From an uncultured bacterium (GTDB taxonomy: Bacteria; Acidobacteriota; Aminicenantia; UBA2199), in NCBI GenBank assembly GCA_965371805.1, contig CBDUZW010000004.1:12592-76591 (forward strand): a stretch of 64,000 bases of DNA. Reading direction: 5' to 3'. The notes beneath the pieces were generated by a model. It saw only the letters and a program-made list of their open reading frames with translations. It made no database searches and was not told the DNA's origin. Positions 48,143 through 60,426 of this stretch are shown here, piece by piece. A program made the position numbers and the translations under genes. How positions within the stretch are numbered: position 1 is the stretch's first letter; each line of letters begins with the position of its first letter.

Positions 48143-49345
48143 TTAATGCTTCTTTATAAAAAAAAATAATTCTCCATATTGTTTCATATGTCCAGCGACT
48201 AATTCAGGGGTTTTACCAAATCCTGTGAAGATGTCTACTCTTCCGGGAGATCTAATTGCTCCTCCTGTATCCTGATTTAATACAAATACAGTAAATTCTT
48301 TCCATTCAATAAGCTCATTATTATTATTGAAAACCGGTGTTTTGGTTTTGATAAAACAAAGTGATCCTTTAGGAAAAATACTCTTGTCGGTTGCAATACT
48401 TCTATATGGTGTTACGGGTACTCCTATAGAACCAATAGGTCCCTGCTCTACTTCTCTAAAAAAGACATACGATGGATTATAATTAAATATATCCTCAACT
48501 TTATCTGGATTGTTCCTGAGGAATTTTCTTATACTTTGCATTGTTACATCTTGCAATTCCATATATTTTTTTTCAACAAGATATTTGCCTATCGCTCTAT
48601 ATGGATGACCATTACTTTCACTGTAGTTAACTCTAACTGAGCTTCCATCTGTCATTTGGACTATTCCAGATCCTTGAATTTGAAGAAAAAACAGATCAGT
48701 TAAATTGTCTACCCATAGTATCTCCAGCCCTTTGTCTTTAAGAATATTTTTACCGTCTATCTCATCTCTTGAATAAAAAGGAATTATCCTATTGCCTTCT
48801 GTTATTCGTCCTTTTAGAACAGTAGGAAAGCCCTTTTTGCTTTTAAAGTATGTGAAGTTTTTCAGTTCTATTCTAACCAAATCTCCAGGTTTTTTGTAAA
48901 TTGGATATTTATAAACTTTCGTTTTTTTATAAGAACCGGATAATCCAGCTTCATAATATCCTGTGAATAATACTTTTTTCGCATTACTTTTATAAAAAGT
49001 GTAGTTATTGCGTATATAACTAAAAAAGTTTTCAGAAAGTCCGTAAGTTTTAAGCTTTTCTTTAAAATCTTCTAAACTATCGATCATCTGTTTTATTGTG
49101 AAATGGTTTTTTCCAAAATAGACCTTGGCTTCACTGTCTTTTTTATATAGATAGATTAAACTATTTTCGATAGAACTAATAAGTAATTCAGTATCTTTTA
49201 CATCTTTTAGAACAGGGGGGGGGGTAATTGACAAAGAGTTTTCCGCAGTCCATATTACTTTTTCCTCCTTTCCCTGTTTTAATAATAAAAAGATTAGAAT
49301 AGTTGCCAATAAAATGATGAATAGAAAAACAAGTTTTTTTTTCAA
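48143..49345 (-). CDS. mltA: Membrane-bound lytic murein transglycosylase A
   Basis: FTGYYE, FFLQIQGSG, NPSYVFF, QDTGGAI, GRVDIFTG. Confidence 0.93.
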   Translation of the reverse strand: MKKKLVFLFIILLATILIFLLLKQGKEEKVIWTAENSLSITPPPVLKDVKDTELLISSIENSLIYLYKKDSEAKVYFGKNHFTIKQMIDSLEDFKEKLKTYGLSENFFSYIRNNYTFYKSNAKKVLFTGYYEAGLSGSYKKTKVYKYPIYKKPGDLVRIELKNFTYFKSKKGFPTVLKGRITEGNRIIPFYSRDEIDGKNILKDKGLEILWVDNLTDLFFLQIQGSGIVQMTDGSSVRVNYSESNGHPYRAIGKYLVEKKYMELQDVTMQSIRKFLRNNPDKVEDIFNYNPSYVFFREVEQGPIGSIGVPVTPYRSIATDKSIFPKGSLCFIKTKTPVFNNNNELIEWKEFTVFVLNQDTGGAIRSPGRVDIFTGFGKTPELVAGHMKQYGELFFFIKKH

Positions 49346-49358
49346 TGGGAAACGACTC

Positions 49359-51077
49359 CTATTTACCTAATTTTTTTTTTAATTTTGCCCAGGTATCTCT
49401 CATAGATACAGTCCTGTTAAAAACCAAAGCTTCTTTTTTTGAGTCTTTTTGATCTAAAATAAAATAGCCCTGCCTTAAGAACTGAAAGTTTGTAGTAAAA
49501 TCGGCCTCTAAAAGGGATGGTTCAAGTTTACAGTCCTTTAGTACTGTTACAGACTCAGGGTTTATGTTCTCTCGTAATTCTGAATTATCCAGTTCAGAAG
49601 GGTTTTCTATGTTGAACAATTTGTCATACAGGCGAATCTCAGCAGAAATTGCATGTTTTGCAGATACCCAATGGGAAGTGCCTTTAACTTTTCGTCCATC
49701 GTCTGACCATCCTCCCTTCGTTTTGGGATCATAGGTACATCCTATTTCAATAATATTTCCAGCTTCATCTTTTTCTACTCTAACACATTTTACGTAATAG
49801 GCATGCTTGAGCCTTATCTCTTTTCCTGGTGACAATCGGAAATATTTTTTTGGGGGATCTTCCATGAAATCCTCTTTCTCTATATAAAGATATTTAGAAA
49901 ATGGAATTTCTCTTTCTCCCATATCTGGATCTTCAGGATTATTAGCAGCAGGCAGCATCTCCATTTTATCTTCCGGATAATTGTCAATAACCAGTTTTAG
50001 GGGTTCTAAAACACCCATAACTCTTTTTGCATATTTATTCAGCTCTTCTCTAATGCAATAATCAAGAAATGCAATATCAACAGTACTATTACTCTTTGCA
50101 ATTCCGATTTGATCAGTAAACATCTTTATCGAGCCTGCTGTTACACCTCTTCTTCTGAGTCCTGAAATAGTGGGCATTCTAGGGTCATCCCATCCGTCAA
50201 CAATTTTTTCATTAACAAGATACAGGAGTGTTCTTTTACTCATAACTGTGTGATTGATATTCAGACGTGCAAATTCGATCTGCTGAGGGTGGTTTTCAGT
50301 TTTAAGTGTATCCAGGATCCAGTCATAAAGTGGTCTATGATCCTCAAATTCAAGAGTGCAAACTGAATGTGTGATACCTTCAATCGCATCAGATATACAA
50401 TGTGTATAATCGTACATTGGATAAACATTCCATTTATCCCCTGTTCTGTGGTGATATACTTTCTTTATCCTGTATATAACAGGGTCTCTCATATTTATGT
50501 TGGGAGAACTCATGTCAATTTTTACTCTTAAAACTTTGCTGCCTTCCTCATATTTTCCATTTCTCATATTTTCAAAAAGTTGAAGGTTTTCGTCAATTGT
50601 TCTAGTTCTATATGGGCTGTTTTTCCCTGGCTCAGTAAGTGTGCCCCGGTACTCTCTTGTCTCTGTGTTTGAAAGATCACAGACAAAAGCTTTGTCCAGT
50701 TTAATCAGCTTTACAGCATAATCATATAATGTGTCAAAATAGTCTGATGCATAGTGAAGCCTGTCATCCCAATCAAATCCGAGCCATTTTACATCCTTTT
50801 TTATAGAGTCAATATACTCAATGTCCTCTTTTTCAGGATTTGTATCATCAAACCTCAGATTGCATAAGCCATTATAATCCTTAGCAAGCCCAAAATTCAG
50901 ACATATTGATTTAGCATGTCCAATATGCAGATAGCCATTTGGCTCTGGTGGAAATCTTGTATGGACCTTCCCATTATTTTTACCATTTTCTATATCACTG
51001 TCTATAATCTGTTTTATGAAATTTGTTTGTAATTTAGTGCCATCATTCTGCTCGATATTTTTTTTTTTATCTTCCAT
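49359..51077 (-). CDS. glnS: Glutamine--tRNA ligase
   Basis: [29 protein letters not shown]. Confidence 0.97.
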   Translation of the reverse strand: MEDKKKNIEQNDGTKLQTNFIKQIIDSDIENGKNNGKVHTRFPPEPNGYLHIGHAKSICLNFGLAKDYNGLCNLRFDDTNPEKEDIEYIDSIKKDVKWLGFDWDDRLHYASDYFDTLYDYAVKLIKLDKAFVCDLSNTETREYRGTLTEPGKNSPYRTRTIDENLQLFENMRNGKYEEGSKVLRVKIDMSSPNINMRDPVIYRIKKVYHHRTGDKWNVYPMYDYTHCISDAIEGITHSVCTLEFEDHRPLYDWILDTLKTENHPQQIEFARLNINHTVMSKRTLLYLVNEKIVDGWDDPRMPTISGLRRRGVTAGSIKMFTDQIGIAKSNSTVDIAFLDYCIREELNKYAKRVMGVLEPLKLVIDNYPEDKMEMLPAANNPEDPDMGEREIPFSKYLYIEKEDFMEDPPKKYFRLSPGKEIRLKHAYYVKCVRVEKDEAGNIIEIGCTYDPKTKGGWSDDGRKVKGTSHWVSAKHAISAEIRLYDKLFNIENPSELDNSELRENINPESVTVLKDCKLEPSLLEADFTTNFQFLRQGYFILDQKDSKKEALVFNRTVSMRDTWAKLKKKLGK

Positions 51078-51091
51078 TCCTTTCTCCTGAT

Positions 51092-51904
51092 TTATCCTTT
51101 TTGTTTATCTTTATGTCTATAAGATTTTTCAAACATAGAGACAAGTGTCCTTTTTGGTAAAAGCCTTTGGATAATGTCTCCAATTTTATTTGAAAAACCT
51201 GGAATTAAATGAATCTTACCTTTTTTAAATGCATTTATTGCTTTTTTTGCAGCCTTTCCTGCATCCATATTAAAAATGTTTTTCTCTCCGAATTTATCTT
51301 CCAGGCCTGACATTTTAACCATTTCAGTTTTTATCCCACCTGGAGAAAATAATGAAATTGTAATAGATTTATTGTTGTTTTCACCAATCAATGCAAATGT
51401 AAAACCTGTTAAGCCATGTTTGGATGAACTATAAACGGCCTGATAGGGTAAAGGCATCAATCCTGCCATACTACTTATGTTTAAAATGCCTCCCCCTCCT
51501 TTATTTTTGAAGTATTCAAGAAATAGTAGAGATGTTTCAACTACTGTTTTATAATTCAAATTAATGATTTTTTTGTATGTTTCCATATTTGATGCACTCG
51601 CTATTTCATAAGCTGTTAAACCGGCATTATTTATAATTGCGTAAATATCTTCTTCTTTTGTGCAAAAATTGTAGAGTTCTTTACCTGCGTCCTCTTTACT
51701 AAGATCAATTGTAAACAATTTCACTTTTGAGTCCGTTTCATTTTCGATCCTTTTTTTTAACGCCTCTAATTTCTCTGTTCTTCTGGCAACAATTATAATA
51801 TTGGCTTTTTCAACTTTTGATAAATATAAGGCAATTTCCTTACCCAGTCCACTGGATGCACCAGTCACTACGACCCATTTTTTTTCAAAATTCATTTTTT
51901 TCAT
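51092..51904 (-). CDS. SDR family oxidoreductase
   Basis: [17 protein letters not shown]. Confidence 0.92.
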   Translation of the reverse strand: MKKMNFEKKWVVVTGASSGLGKEIALYLSKVEKANIIIVARRTEKLEALKKRIENETDSKVKLFTIDLSKEDAGKELYNFCTKEEDIYAIINNAGLTAYEIASASNMETYKKIINLNYKTVVETSLLFLEYFKNKGGGGILNISSMAGLMPLPYQAVYSSSKHGLTGFTFALIGENNNKSITISLFSPGGIKTEMVKMSGLEDKFGEKNIFNMDAGKAAKKAINAFKKGKIHLIPGFSNKIGDIIQRLLPKRTLVSMFEKSYRHKDKQKG

Positions 51905-51991
51905 AGGTTTATTATATCCTGAACTGAATGATTAATGCAATGATCAAGGCTATATTGTTGACTTTTTAACTAGCATTACCTACAATGAAGG

Positions 51992-53413
51992 ATGAAAGCT
52001 AAAGATCTCCTAAATGGGGGAAATTTTTTTGGAAAATATACTGGAACAATGTCAATTGAAAGGGTTTGTGAAAACACCATATGGCTGATAAGATTGAGAT
52101 GGATTGCATGTATTGGTCTGCTTTTTGGCGTAATACTGAGCAAGGCTTTCTTTAAAGTCGAAATTAAATCTGTTTTACCTCCCCTGCTAATAGGGATCGG
52201 CATTATTATTTTTAATTTCATCTTTTATCTAAGATACTCATTTCTTAGCAAAAGAAGAAGTGAACAGACAAAAGAGTGTGTTGAGAAGAGGTTGATTTTT
52301 GTCAATATCCAGATATTTGTTGATCTGATTATGCTTACGGCAATAATTTACTACACAGGCGGAATTGCAACCCCTATCCCTTTTTTCTTTATTTTTCATA
52401 TGGTAATAAGCAGTATAATGTTGTCAAAAATTAATGCATATTTCTGGGCGGTTTTTACAATTATCACTCAATCGATAATGATCTATTTGGAGCATAGTGG
52501 AAAAATTGCTCATAAATATTATTTTTATTTTATCCCTGAAATAAATGACAAATCTGGTTATACTGAGCTGTTTATATTAATCGTTTTTAGTATTACACTT
52601 GTAATTACTGTATATTTTGCAACAACAATAATGCGTCCTATCAGAAAAAAACAGCTGGATCTAACTATAATGAAAAATGAACTTCAGGAACAGAAATATA
52701 AATTAGAATCAACTAATGCTGAATTGGAAGATATGGATAAATCTAAAACGGAATTTCTTTATCGGGTTGAGCATGAATTAAAAGCGCCAATAGCGGCAAT
52801 TCTGAGTATGCTTTCTGTGGTTATAAGGGGATATGACTCGGTTGATGAAAATAAAAAAAAAGATTTTCTTAATAGAAGTATTATAAGAGTTAAAAGTATG
52901 AAGGATATGGTTAAGGATCTTCTGTCTCTCTCAAGAGTAGATGCAAAAAACTTTCAACTTAATAAAACAGATCTAAAGTTTTATGAAATTATTGAAGAAA
53001 TTATTGATGAACTGACTCCATATGCTCAAAAAAAAAACATTGGTTTAAAAACTAATCTTGCAGACAAACTTCCTGATTTTTACGCTGATAGAGATGCCTT
53101 AACAGAAATTATCAGGAATCTTATACATAATGCAATAAAGTATTCATTTGAAGGTTTTGTGACAATCGCCTTAGTAATGAATAATAATGAACTGATTTTT
53201 TCGGTGCTTGATACAGGTATAGGTATTAGTGAAGATGATCTGGGAAATATATTTGAAGAATTTTACCGAACCTCTAATGCAAAGGCATTTGAGGAGGGGA
53301 CAGGTCTGGGACTCGCACTTGTCAAAAAATTAGTTGAACAGCTTGGCGGAAATATTAAAATAGAAAGTGAACTTAATAAGGGGACCAAGAGTATTATCTC
53401 CTTTCCTGTATAA
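51992..53413 (+). CDS. Membrane sensor histidine kinase
   Basis: About six TM helices, HELKAP, NLIHNAIKY, DTGIG, GTGLGL. Confidence 0.92.
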   Translation: MKAKDLLNGGNFFGKYTGTMSIERVCENTIWLIRLRWIACIGLLFGVILSKAFFKVEIKSVLPPLLIGIGIIIFNFIFYLRYSFLSKRRSEQTKECVEKRLIFVNIQIFVDLIMLTAIIYYTGGIATPIPFFFIFHMVISSIMLSKINAYFWAVFTIITQSIMIYLEHSGKIAHKYYFYFIPEINDKSGYTELFILIVFSITLVITVYFATTIMRPIRKKQLDLTIMKNELQEQKYKLESTNAELEDMDKSKTEFLYRVEHELKAPIAAILSMLSVVIRGYDSVDENKKKDFLNRSIIRVKSMKDMVKDLLSLSRVDAKNFQLNKTDLKFYEIIEEIIDELTPYAQKKNIGLKTNLADKLPDFYADRDALTEIIRNLIHNAIKYSFEGFVTIALVMNNNELIFSVLDTGIGISEDDLGNIFEEFYRTSNAKAFEEGTGLGLALVKKLVEQLGGNIKIESELNKGTKSIISFPV

Positions 53414-53426
53414 TATATTAAGTTTA

Positions 53427-53453
53427 AAGCCCGTTGTAACTGACAACAGGCTT
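53427..53453. terminator. Hairpin between convergent genes (probable bidirectional terminator)
   Basis: AAGCCcGTTGT-AACTG-ACAACaGGCTT. Confidence 0.6.
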
Positions 53454-53475
53454 CTTACTTAAATATTTGATAGAA

Positions 53476-53829
53476 TTATTTAACTTTTAACACATTTTCT
53501 ATTGCTTCCACAAATTGTTCCTTTGGAAGCGCTCCCATGGACATTTGAGGCTTTTCACCTTTGGGGCAGAAAAGAATTGATGGAATACTTTTGATCTGGA
53601 ATGCTGCAGCCAATTCCTGTTCCTTTTCAGTATCTATCTTATATATATTTATTTTTCCTTTATATTCTTCTGAAAGCTGCTCCAGTACCGGTGCAACCAT
53701 CTTGCAGGGACCACACCAATCAGCATAAAAATCAATAATACAAGGTAGATCTCCCTTAAATGCCCAATCCTTTTCTTTCTCATAATCAAATACCTTCTCT
53801 TTAAAACTCTCTTTTGATAAAAATTCCAT
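53476..53829 (-). CDS. trxA: Thioredoxin
   Basis: DFYADWCGPC and SIPS. Confidence 0.93.
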   Translation of the reverse strand: MEFLSKESFKEKVFDYEKEKDWAFKGDLPCIIDFYADWCGPCKMVAPVLEQLSEEYKGKINIYKIDTEKEQELAAAFQIKSIPSILFCPKGEKPQMSMGALPKEQFVEAIENVLKVK

Positions 53830-54041
53830 ATTTTTTCTCCTTTTACACTCTTTTCATAAACACAAGTTGCCAACAACAACTAATGTTCGAAGCAATTATA
53901 AAACAAAAAAAAGTTCTTGTCAACATTGCTTTTAGCTTGATTTTTTTTTATAATTATATTATGTAATAGTATAGTAAAGAAAGATTATGCAATTTTAATA
54001 AGAATAGCTTAATTTTGTTAATGTTTTTTATAGGAGTTTGT

Positions 54042-54785
54042 ATGAAATTAAAGAAATATATTATAGTAACAGTAATTTTTATCCTATTGATATTCGGATT
54101 ATCCGCAGATGATAAAAAATGGGAGATAGATCTTCATTATTCGTCATGGTCAATTAACTTCCTTTCTTCAACTTTGATAGGAATAGCAGAAGATGAAATA
54201 GATGATTATGATCCTGAAAAAGGTGAAATTACATTCAATTCTCATGGATCTAATTTAGGTATAGGTGTTAGGTATTTCCCGGCTGGTAAAACAGGTTCTT
54301 TTTCACTTGGGTTTTCACATGAAAGAAATAGTTTTCAAATAGACATAACCGGCAAATATATTAAATCTGATTCTATTGGACAGCAAATGGTAGTTGATGG
54401 AAATGGAAGTATTATAATAAAGCCGCATGCTTTTCATTTTAATGTCAGGTGGGAAATATTTCCCTCATATAGAATTCATCCATATTTTGGATTAGGTTTT
54501 GGAATAGGTGTTCTCAACGGAAATGCAGAAGGATATGCAACATCGGTTACTACTTTATATAATGGAGAAACTATTGAATCTGTTGAATACGAGGAAAATG
54601 AAACCCTGAATGAATTTATAAATGAATATAAAGAGGATGGCAACTCTATTCCTATTGGATTTTTCCCTTTTTTGCAAATGGAGTTTGGAGTAAGGGGAGA
54701 GGTTGCAAAAGATGTTTATTTATTAGCTGAAATACAGTTTTATACAGGAATCTCCTTCAGAGGAGGGATATCGTATAGATTTTAA
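54042..54785 (+). CDS. Outer-membrane beta-barrel protein
   Basis: Signal peptide, HPYFGLGFG, terminal ISYRF. Confidence 0.75.
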   Translation: MKLKKYIIVTVIFILLIFGLSADDKKWEIDLHYSSWSINFLSSTLIGIAEDEIDDYDPEKGEITFNSHGSNLGIGVRYFPAGKTGSFSLGFSHERNSFQIDITGKYIKSDSIGQQMVVDGNGSIIIKPHAFHFNVRWEIFPSYRIHPYFGLGFGIGVLNGNAEGYATSVTTLYNGETIESVEYEENETLNEFINEYKEDGNSIPIGFFPFLQMEFGVRGEVAKDVYLLAEIQFYTGISFRGGISYRF

Positions 54786-55006
54786 TTAAAGACTTGTTTA
54801 AAAAGAATATCCGATACCAAATTTTATTGATGAACAATTCAAAGTAAATTCCTTAATGTTATAAATAAAATTTCATATCTTCAAACCATCCTGTCCCATT
54901 AATACCCGGCATCACTTAGTAATCTTTCTCTGACAAATATAGATTATTATAATTTGGAATAGAAATACCTAGAAAAAATTCAAAGCTGGTTTTCTTTTTT
55001 TTAAAA

Positions 55007-56965
55007 TTATTTACTCTCTCTGCCGTCTTCGTCGACAGCAATAATCTTATAGTCATATTCAATTATCACTCCACCAATTCTATCAACATGTTCCGTTACA
55101 CTTCCAGCAACTTCATGAAATAGTGTGTAATTTGACTCCTCTTTTCGCTTTTTCATTATTTTATACTTTACAATATTCACACCTCTTTCTTTATTTGATG
55201 GATTTGGACGCCAGGTAATATTAGAAACATATTCTATTGTAAAAAGTGTTCGGTTTTCTATGATCTCAGACTTCACAGATACTGGAGCTTCAACCCCATA
55301 TACAAATACTGATTGGGAATAACTATTACTTCCATTCTGATTATCAGTAACTCTAAGTCCTATTGTGTAATTTCCAATTTTACTATATTTATGTGTAAAT
55401 GGGGCTTTATTAGTCTTCTTTATACTGGAACCATCCCCGAAGGTCCATTTATAACTTACAATATGACCGTCCGTATCGTCAGACCTTGCAGGATTAACTG
55501 TTACATATAACGGGTATAAGCCTGATCTAGGGGCATAAGTAAAAAATGCAAGTGGAGGAGTATTTATTTTTATAGCTTCAATTGTTTTTGATGAAGTTCC
55601 TGTTTTTCCCTGAGTATCGGTTATTGTTAGGGTTGCAATAAAGAAACCACTTCTACTATAAGTATGCGATGCTGTTTGACCTGTAGCTGTTCCGCCGTCA
55701 CCAAAACGCCAATCCCAACTAACAATAGTTCCACTATCTGAATATGAAGTTGTAGCATCAAATGAAACATTAAGCGGTATGTTTCCTCTTGAAGGTGTTA
55801 ATGTGAATAGTGCAACGGGTGCACCAGGCACTATCTCACCAGTTGTACTAAGTAAATCAAGATATACAACATCATTAGTTGCACAAAATGCAATTACACC
55901 TTTTAGATTGGCACTATCCAGATCATTACTTACCTTTGCTGGTCTCTTTCCAACTGATTTTTTTAAAAGAGTAAAACCGCTCCATACCCCATTTACCTTC
56001 CAGTTATAATATATTGCTGTCCCGCTTGTCCAGCCGCCTTTTTGCATTGAGACTAAAATATTGCTTGAATTTGCAGCATTAATATCACAAAAATGGTAGG
56101 TTTGAGGGGAGGCAGTACCAAACATACTCTTACGGCCTACAAAGGAACTTCCTGATTTATATTCATAGTATAAGGTTCTGTTTGGATCTATGCCTTCCCA
56201 ATATACTACATGAGGAACTCCGCTACTGTCAATATCAAGTCTAGGTCTCTGTACAAGACCGCCCCCATGAACAGAGATCCATCTATCCCAATTACTTCCA
56301 CTTCTATTTGGTCTTCTAAGATAGGCAACATTATATGACCCGCTATTATATTGACTTGAGACATGGATATAATCATTATTAACAACGACATCCGGATGCT
56401 TGTTAGTTCCTGAAATCGGGAAATTTTGAAAACTAATAGTATTTCCATACTTACTGATAAATTGAGATCTTCTGGCTGGAAAATGCATGAAAACTACGAA
56501 AACATTCCCGGAATTATCAACAGCTATTCTTAAGTCTTCAATCATTGTACCAGTAACCCGTCCAAAAGTTTGTACGTTTGACCATGTGCTTCCATTAAAA
56601 TACCTGTACTTAATAGTGTGACTTGTTCCAATTTCATCGCACCAAGCTAAATGAATATCTCCATTTCCACGGATATCAACTTCGGGTTCATAGGAATAGC
56701 CGGAGGAGTTGGAAATATTTTTGACAAAAGAAACTTTCCCATTTTCATATTTACTTAAAAAAATATCGCTTCTTCCTGAAGAAATATTGTCTGCTTGATA
56801 AGCAACATATATTGTTCCATACGGACCTATTTTTACTTCAGGTTTATCATAATTCATGTTAGGATCATTTGCTATTGTAATCAAGGTCTCATCAGAAAAC
56901 AGATTTATTGATAGAAGACTAAGAAGAATACCGATTATAATAATAATTACATATTTGTTTTTCAA
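55007..56965 (-). CDS. Secreted protein with beta-propeller-like region, two PKD domains and FN3-like tail
   Basis: WDWRFGDG and YKWTFGDG PKD motifs; signal peptide; likely TTG start behind GGAGG. Confidence 0.85.
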   Translation of the reverse strand: MKNKYVIIIIIGILLSLLSINLFSDETLITIANDPNMNYDKPEVKIGPYGTIYVAYQADNISSGRSDIFLSKYENGKVSFVKNISNSSGYSYEPEVDIRGNGDIHLAWCDEIGTSHTIKYRYFNGSTWSNVQTFGRVTGTMIEDLRIAVDNSGNVFVVFMHFPARRSQFISKYGNTISFQNFPISGTNKHPDVVVNNDYIHVSSQYNSGSYNVAYLRRPNRSGSNWDRWISVHGGGLVQRPRLDIDSSGVPHVVYWEGIDPNRTLYYEYKSGSSFVGRKSMFGTASPQTYHFCDINAANSSNILVSMQKGGWTSGTAIYYNWKVNGVWSGFTLLKKSVGKRPAKVSNDLDSANLKGVIAFCATNDVVYLDLLSTTGEIVPGAPVALFTLTPSRGNIPLNVSFDATTSYSDSGTIVSWDWRFGDGGTATGQTASHTYSRSGFFIATLTITDTQGKTGTSSKTIEAIKINTPPLAFFTYAPRSGLYPLYVTVNPARSDDTDGHIVSYKWTFGDGSSIKKTNKAPFTHKYSKIGNYTIGLRVTDNQNGSNSYSQSVFVYGVEAPVSVKSEIIENRTLFTIEYVSNITWRPNPSNKERGVNIVKYKIMKKRKEESNYTLFHEVAGSVTEHVDRIGGVIIEYDYKIIAVDEDGRESK

Positions 56966-57087
56966 ATTATTTACCTCCATATTATTTTTTGCCTGCAAAA
57001 TACATTTCTATATCTCAAAACAAAGTTACAAGAAGAATAATATAGTAATTATTAAATATATTCAACTATATTATTGGTTTTTTTGCT

Positions 57088-57657
57088 TTATAAAACTTTT
57101 ATTAAAAAAGATGCAACTATAGAAAACCCTCCAAGTTCAACATTAAATCCGGTTGGACTGGCTATTGCACTATCATATTTTGTTTCAAATTCAAAAGAAA
57201 AACGGTGATCTATTCTAAAATCAAATCCAAACATCAATGAATATCCACTTGTGCTTCCATTTACATCATTAACTGTCTCATCGTTACCCTGCTCCTTGTA
57301 TGACACATTGATATACCCCACTGATAAATAAGGTTTTATCGACCATTTTATTGGAGGTGTATATCTGAGACTCAATCCAATTGTGCTCGAATTAAATGTT
57401 ATGGCTTCTTTGGTATAACTTACTTTTGCATCAGTACTATAAAAATAACCTGTTAGCCACCCACTAAAACCATTCCAGATTGATGCACCTGTTTTAAAAC
57501 CGTAAATAAAATTATTCCCACCATATATTTCTTTGAGATTATCATCACCTGAATTGAACATGGCAACTGAAGGGCCTATTTTAACTGAAACTTTTGCCAA
57601 ACCTATAAGGGAAATAGATAAAACTAAAAAAATTACACAAAACAATTTCACTCGCAT
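57088..57657 (-). CDS. Small outer-membrane beta-barrel protein
   Basis: Signal peptide, KPYLSVGY, alternating strand pattern. Confidence 0.72.
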   Translation of the reverse strand: MRVKLFCVIFLVLSISLIGLAKVSVKIGPSVAMFNSGDDNLKEIYGGNNFIYGFKTGASIWNGFSGWLTGYFYSTDAKVSYTKEAITFNSSTIGLSLRYTPPIKWSIKPYLSVGYINVSYKEQGNDETVNDVNGSTSGYSLMFGFDFRIDHRFSFEFETKYDSAIASPTGFNVELGGFSIVASFLIKVL

Positions 57658-57802
57658 ACTTACTCCTTATTCTTTAAAATATTAAATAGTATGATAATAT
57701 AAGTTATAAAAAAATACAACTTTATTATTGTTTTGATTCGGATTGAAATTCTATTTCCACCATATCTATTGACTTCAAATGGTAAATATTCTAACATAAT
57801 TT

Positions 57803-60001
57803 ATGAGAAAAACATTTTTTTATATTGGCCTAGTAGTATTTTTTATAGTAATTGCACTTATAATTTTCTTAAATTTTTTTTATTCAGGAAAAAATTATAA
57901 ATACCCTATTAATTTTTTAAATAAATATGCAGTGGTTAAAGAATCTTCTTTTATGGAAACGCCTCAAAATGAACCTTTCTATTATTTTCAAAAAGGATGG
58001 CTTAAACGAGGGAAAAAGTATTTAATGATATTACCAAAATCAAGTATACGTTTTTTTTCAATTGAAAAAAAAAAACGTACGATTTATATAGAGTTATCGA
58101 AGGGCAATTTATTTAATGAGTTAAAAACAATTACTATAGAACTATTATTAAATGGAATTCACTTTAAAAATTTAGAAATTTCTACCAGAAATAATTCGTT
58201 TTTATTACCTGCCCCAAAAAAATTTATTAAAAAGGGCAATAATATTCTGGAATTGATAGTAAATAAAAAAAACCTTGATAAACAAAAACAACCAGGATAT
58301 CTGTATCTAAATAAATTTTCTATCAAAAAATATAAAAGAACAAAAAACTTTTTATTTAAAAATAGTGATAATAGATCTGAAATTATTCAACCTTCACAAA
58401 GTCTTTTTGAATATTATGTTGTTCCAAAACGAAAAGAGACTTTTCATTATTCCTTTAAAGCTCGAAAGATTTTCAGTGCGGACAAAATAATTGGAAAAGT
58501 TCTTGTAAAATTAAAAATAAAAAATAAGAAAGAGATAACTATAGCAGAATTTGTTTTATCAAATAATAGTAAAAATAAATATTATGGAAAATTTAAATTG
58601 GATGCATATTCTGGTAAAATCGTAAGACTTTCATTTATTTTACTTTCTTCAAAAACGTATCTAACAGTTAAGTGGGAAAACCTTTTTATTGAAAAGGAAA
58701 ATATTAATAATGTTGTTAATAAGTCTATAAAGATGATGGAGAAAAAACCACATATATTTCTAATTTTAATTGATGCGGCAAGATATGATAGATTTGGGTT
58801 TTCTGGATTTAATAAAAAAGTTACCCCGATAATAAATAGATTTGCAAAAAAATCATATAATTTTATCAGTTTTTTTGCTCAGGCTCCCTATACAACTGCA
58901 AGTGTAGCGACGATGCTTTCCGGTTTATACCCTGAGACACATACCGTAAGGTATAAAGATGATGAACTTCCTGAAAACGTCAGTACTATTTCACAGTATT
59001 TAAATAAAAATGGATATATAACAAATGCGATATCTGGCAGCATTGCACTAACAAAAAATAATTTAATAAAGGATTTTAAAAAAACTTTAAATATCAGGAG
59101 CAAGAAAAAGTGGAGAGGATCAGCCATGCAAATCGAAAAGTTAAAAAAATTTATAGGAGGAAGTGATTTTTCTAAGCCTAATTTTTTCTATATTCATTTG
59201 TTACCTCCACATGAACCTTATATTCCACCCGCACCTTTTAATGAAAATTTTACTAAGACATCCCTAAATAAGATGCGAAAAAGAATCGGCATAAGAGATA
59301 AAGCTAATCTCTATTTGAATATTGATAAAGAATATCTCTCTTATATCCATAAATGTTATTTAAATAATCTTAGTTATGCAGACTATCTGGTTGGAGAAAT
59401 AATTGGCAAACTTAAAGATAATGATATTTTCAATGATTCAATTATTATAATTTCCAGTGATCATGGAGAAGCTTTTTTTGAACATTCAAAGCTTGGTCAT
59501 AATACAACTAATTATAATGAAATGATTCAAATTCCATTTCTTTTAAAGATGCCCCGGCAAAAAAAAGGAGTCCAAATCAAAAAGAACCATGGATTAATTG
59601 ATTTAACACCGACAATTCTGGAATTACTCAACATTAATTTCAAAATAAAAATGCAGGGAAGAAGTTTTGCACCTATTCTGTTCCAGGAAAAGTTTAAATT
59701 TAATAAAAGGTTCTTATATTCACGAACAGCTTCAAAAAATTTCAATTTAGCATTAATATATGGTGACTATAAATATATATATTATTCAGGAAGAGGAGAA
59801 CTTTATAATCTTAAAGATGATCCTGATGAATTAAATGATATTTCAAAGGAGAACCAACTTCTTGCAGGATTGCTAAGACAAGAAGCTTTTATAAAAATAT
59901 TTGAAAGCAACAGAATAAAAAAGCAATATAATATTAAGGGAAAACAAGTTAAAGATAAAAATAGATATCTGGAAGAACTTAAAAGCCTGGGATATTTATA
60001 G
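57803..60001 (+). CDS. Membrane-anchored sulfatase-like hydrolase/transferase
   Basis: LIDAARYD, HLLPPHEPY, SSDHGEAF, DLTPTIL, LYNLKDDPDE, LKSLGY tail. Confidence 0.88.
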   Translation: MRKTFFYIGLVVFFIVIALIIFLNFFYSGKNYKYPINFLNKYAVVKESSFMETPQNEPFYYFQKGWLKRGKKYLMILPKSSIRFFSIEKKKRTIYIELSKGNLFNELKTITIELLLNGIHFKNLEISTRNNSFLLPAPKKFIKKGNNILELIVNKKNLDKQKQPGYLYLNKFSIKKYKRTKNFLFKNSDNRSEIIQPSQSLFEYYVVPKRKETFHYSFKARKIFSADKIIGKVLVKLKIKNKKEITIAEFVLSNNSKNKYYGKFKLDAYSGKIVRLSFILLSSKTYLTVKWENLFIEKENINNVVNKSIKMMEKKPHIFLILIDAARYDRFGFSGFNKKVTPIINRFAKKSYNFISFFAQAPYTTASVATMLSGLYPETHTVRYKDDELPENVSTISQYLNKNGYITNAISGSIALTKNNLIKDFKKTLNIRSKKKWRGSAMQIEKLKKFIGGSDFSKPNFFYIHLLPPHEPYIPPAPFNENFTKTSLNKMRKRIGIRDKANLYLNIDKEYLSYIHKCYLNNLSYADYLVGEIIGKLKDNDIFNDSIIIISSDHGEAFFEHSKLGHNTTNYNEMIQIPFLLKMPRQKKGVQIKKNHGLIDLTPTILELLNINFKIKMQGRSFAPILFQEKFKFNKRFLYSRTASKNFNLALIYGDYKYIYYSGRGELYNLKDDPDELNDISKENQLLAGLLRQEAFIKIFESNRIKKQYNIKGKQVKDKNRYLEELKSLGYL

Positions 60002-60122
60002 TAATATATATTTATGTATTTTTAAGTCAATTCTAATTTCTGACTAAAAAATTTCCATAAAATATAAGAGCGTATAATAAAAATATTACTACCCTTTAAT
60101 AAATTGTAAAGAGAGGTTTTGC

Positions 60123-60374
60123 TTGAACAGTATCGGTTCAAACATTGACATTTCTCCAACTATCCTGCCTTTTATTGGATACACAGAAGAGGTTGGATTA
60201 GGGCGGAATTTACTCAAGTATATAAAATCCGACAAATTAATTAAAAATTACAAGGAATACCGGGAAAAACAGAGAAGATTAAATCGAGAGATAAAATATA
60301 CAGAAATGATGAAATTTGAGGCAATAAGTACTTTTACTTCTAATGAGATCCATCAATTATTAAAAATTAAATAA
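60123..60374 (+). pseudogene. Remnant of a sulfatase/LTA-synthase-like C-terminus
   Basis: GSNIDISPTIL...GLGRNLL motif with no N-terminal domain. Confidence 0.55.
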
Positions 60375-60426
60375 TTCCAGAATTGAAATATTAGACCCAT
60401 TATATTAATTATGATATAATGCTTTA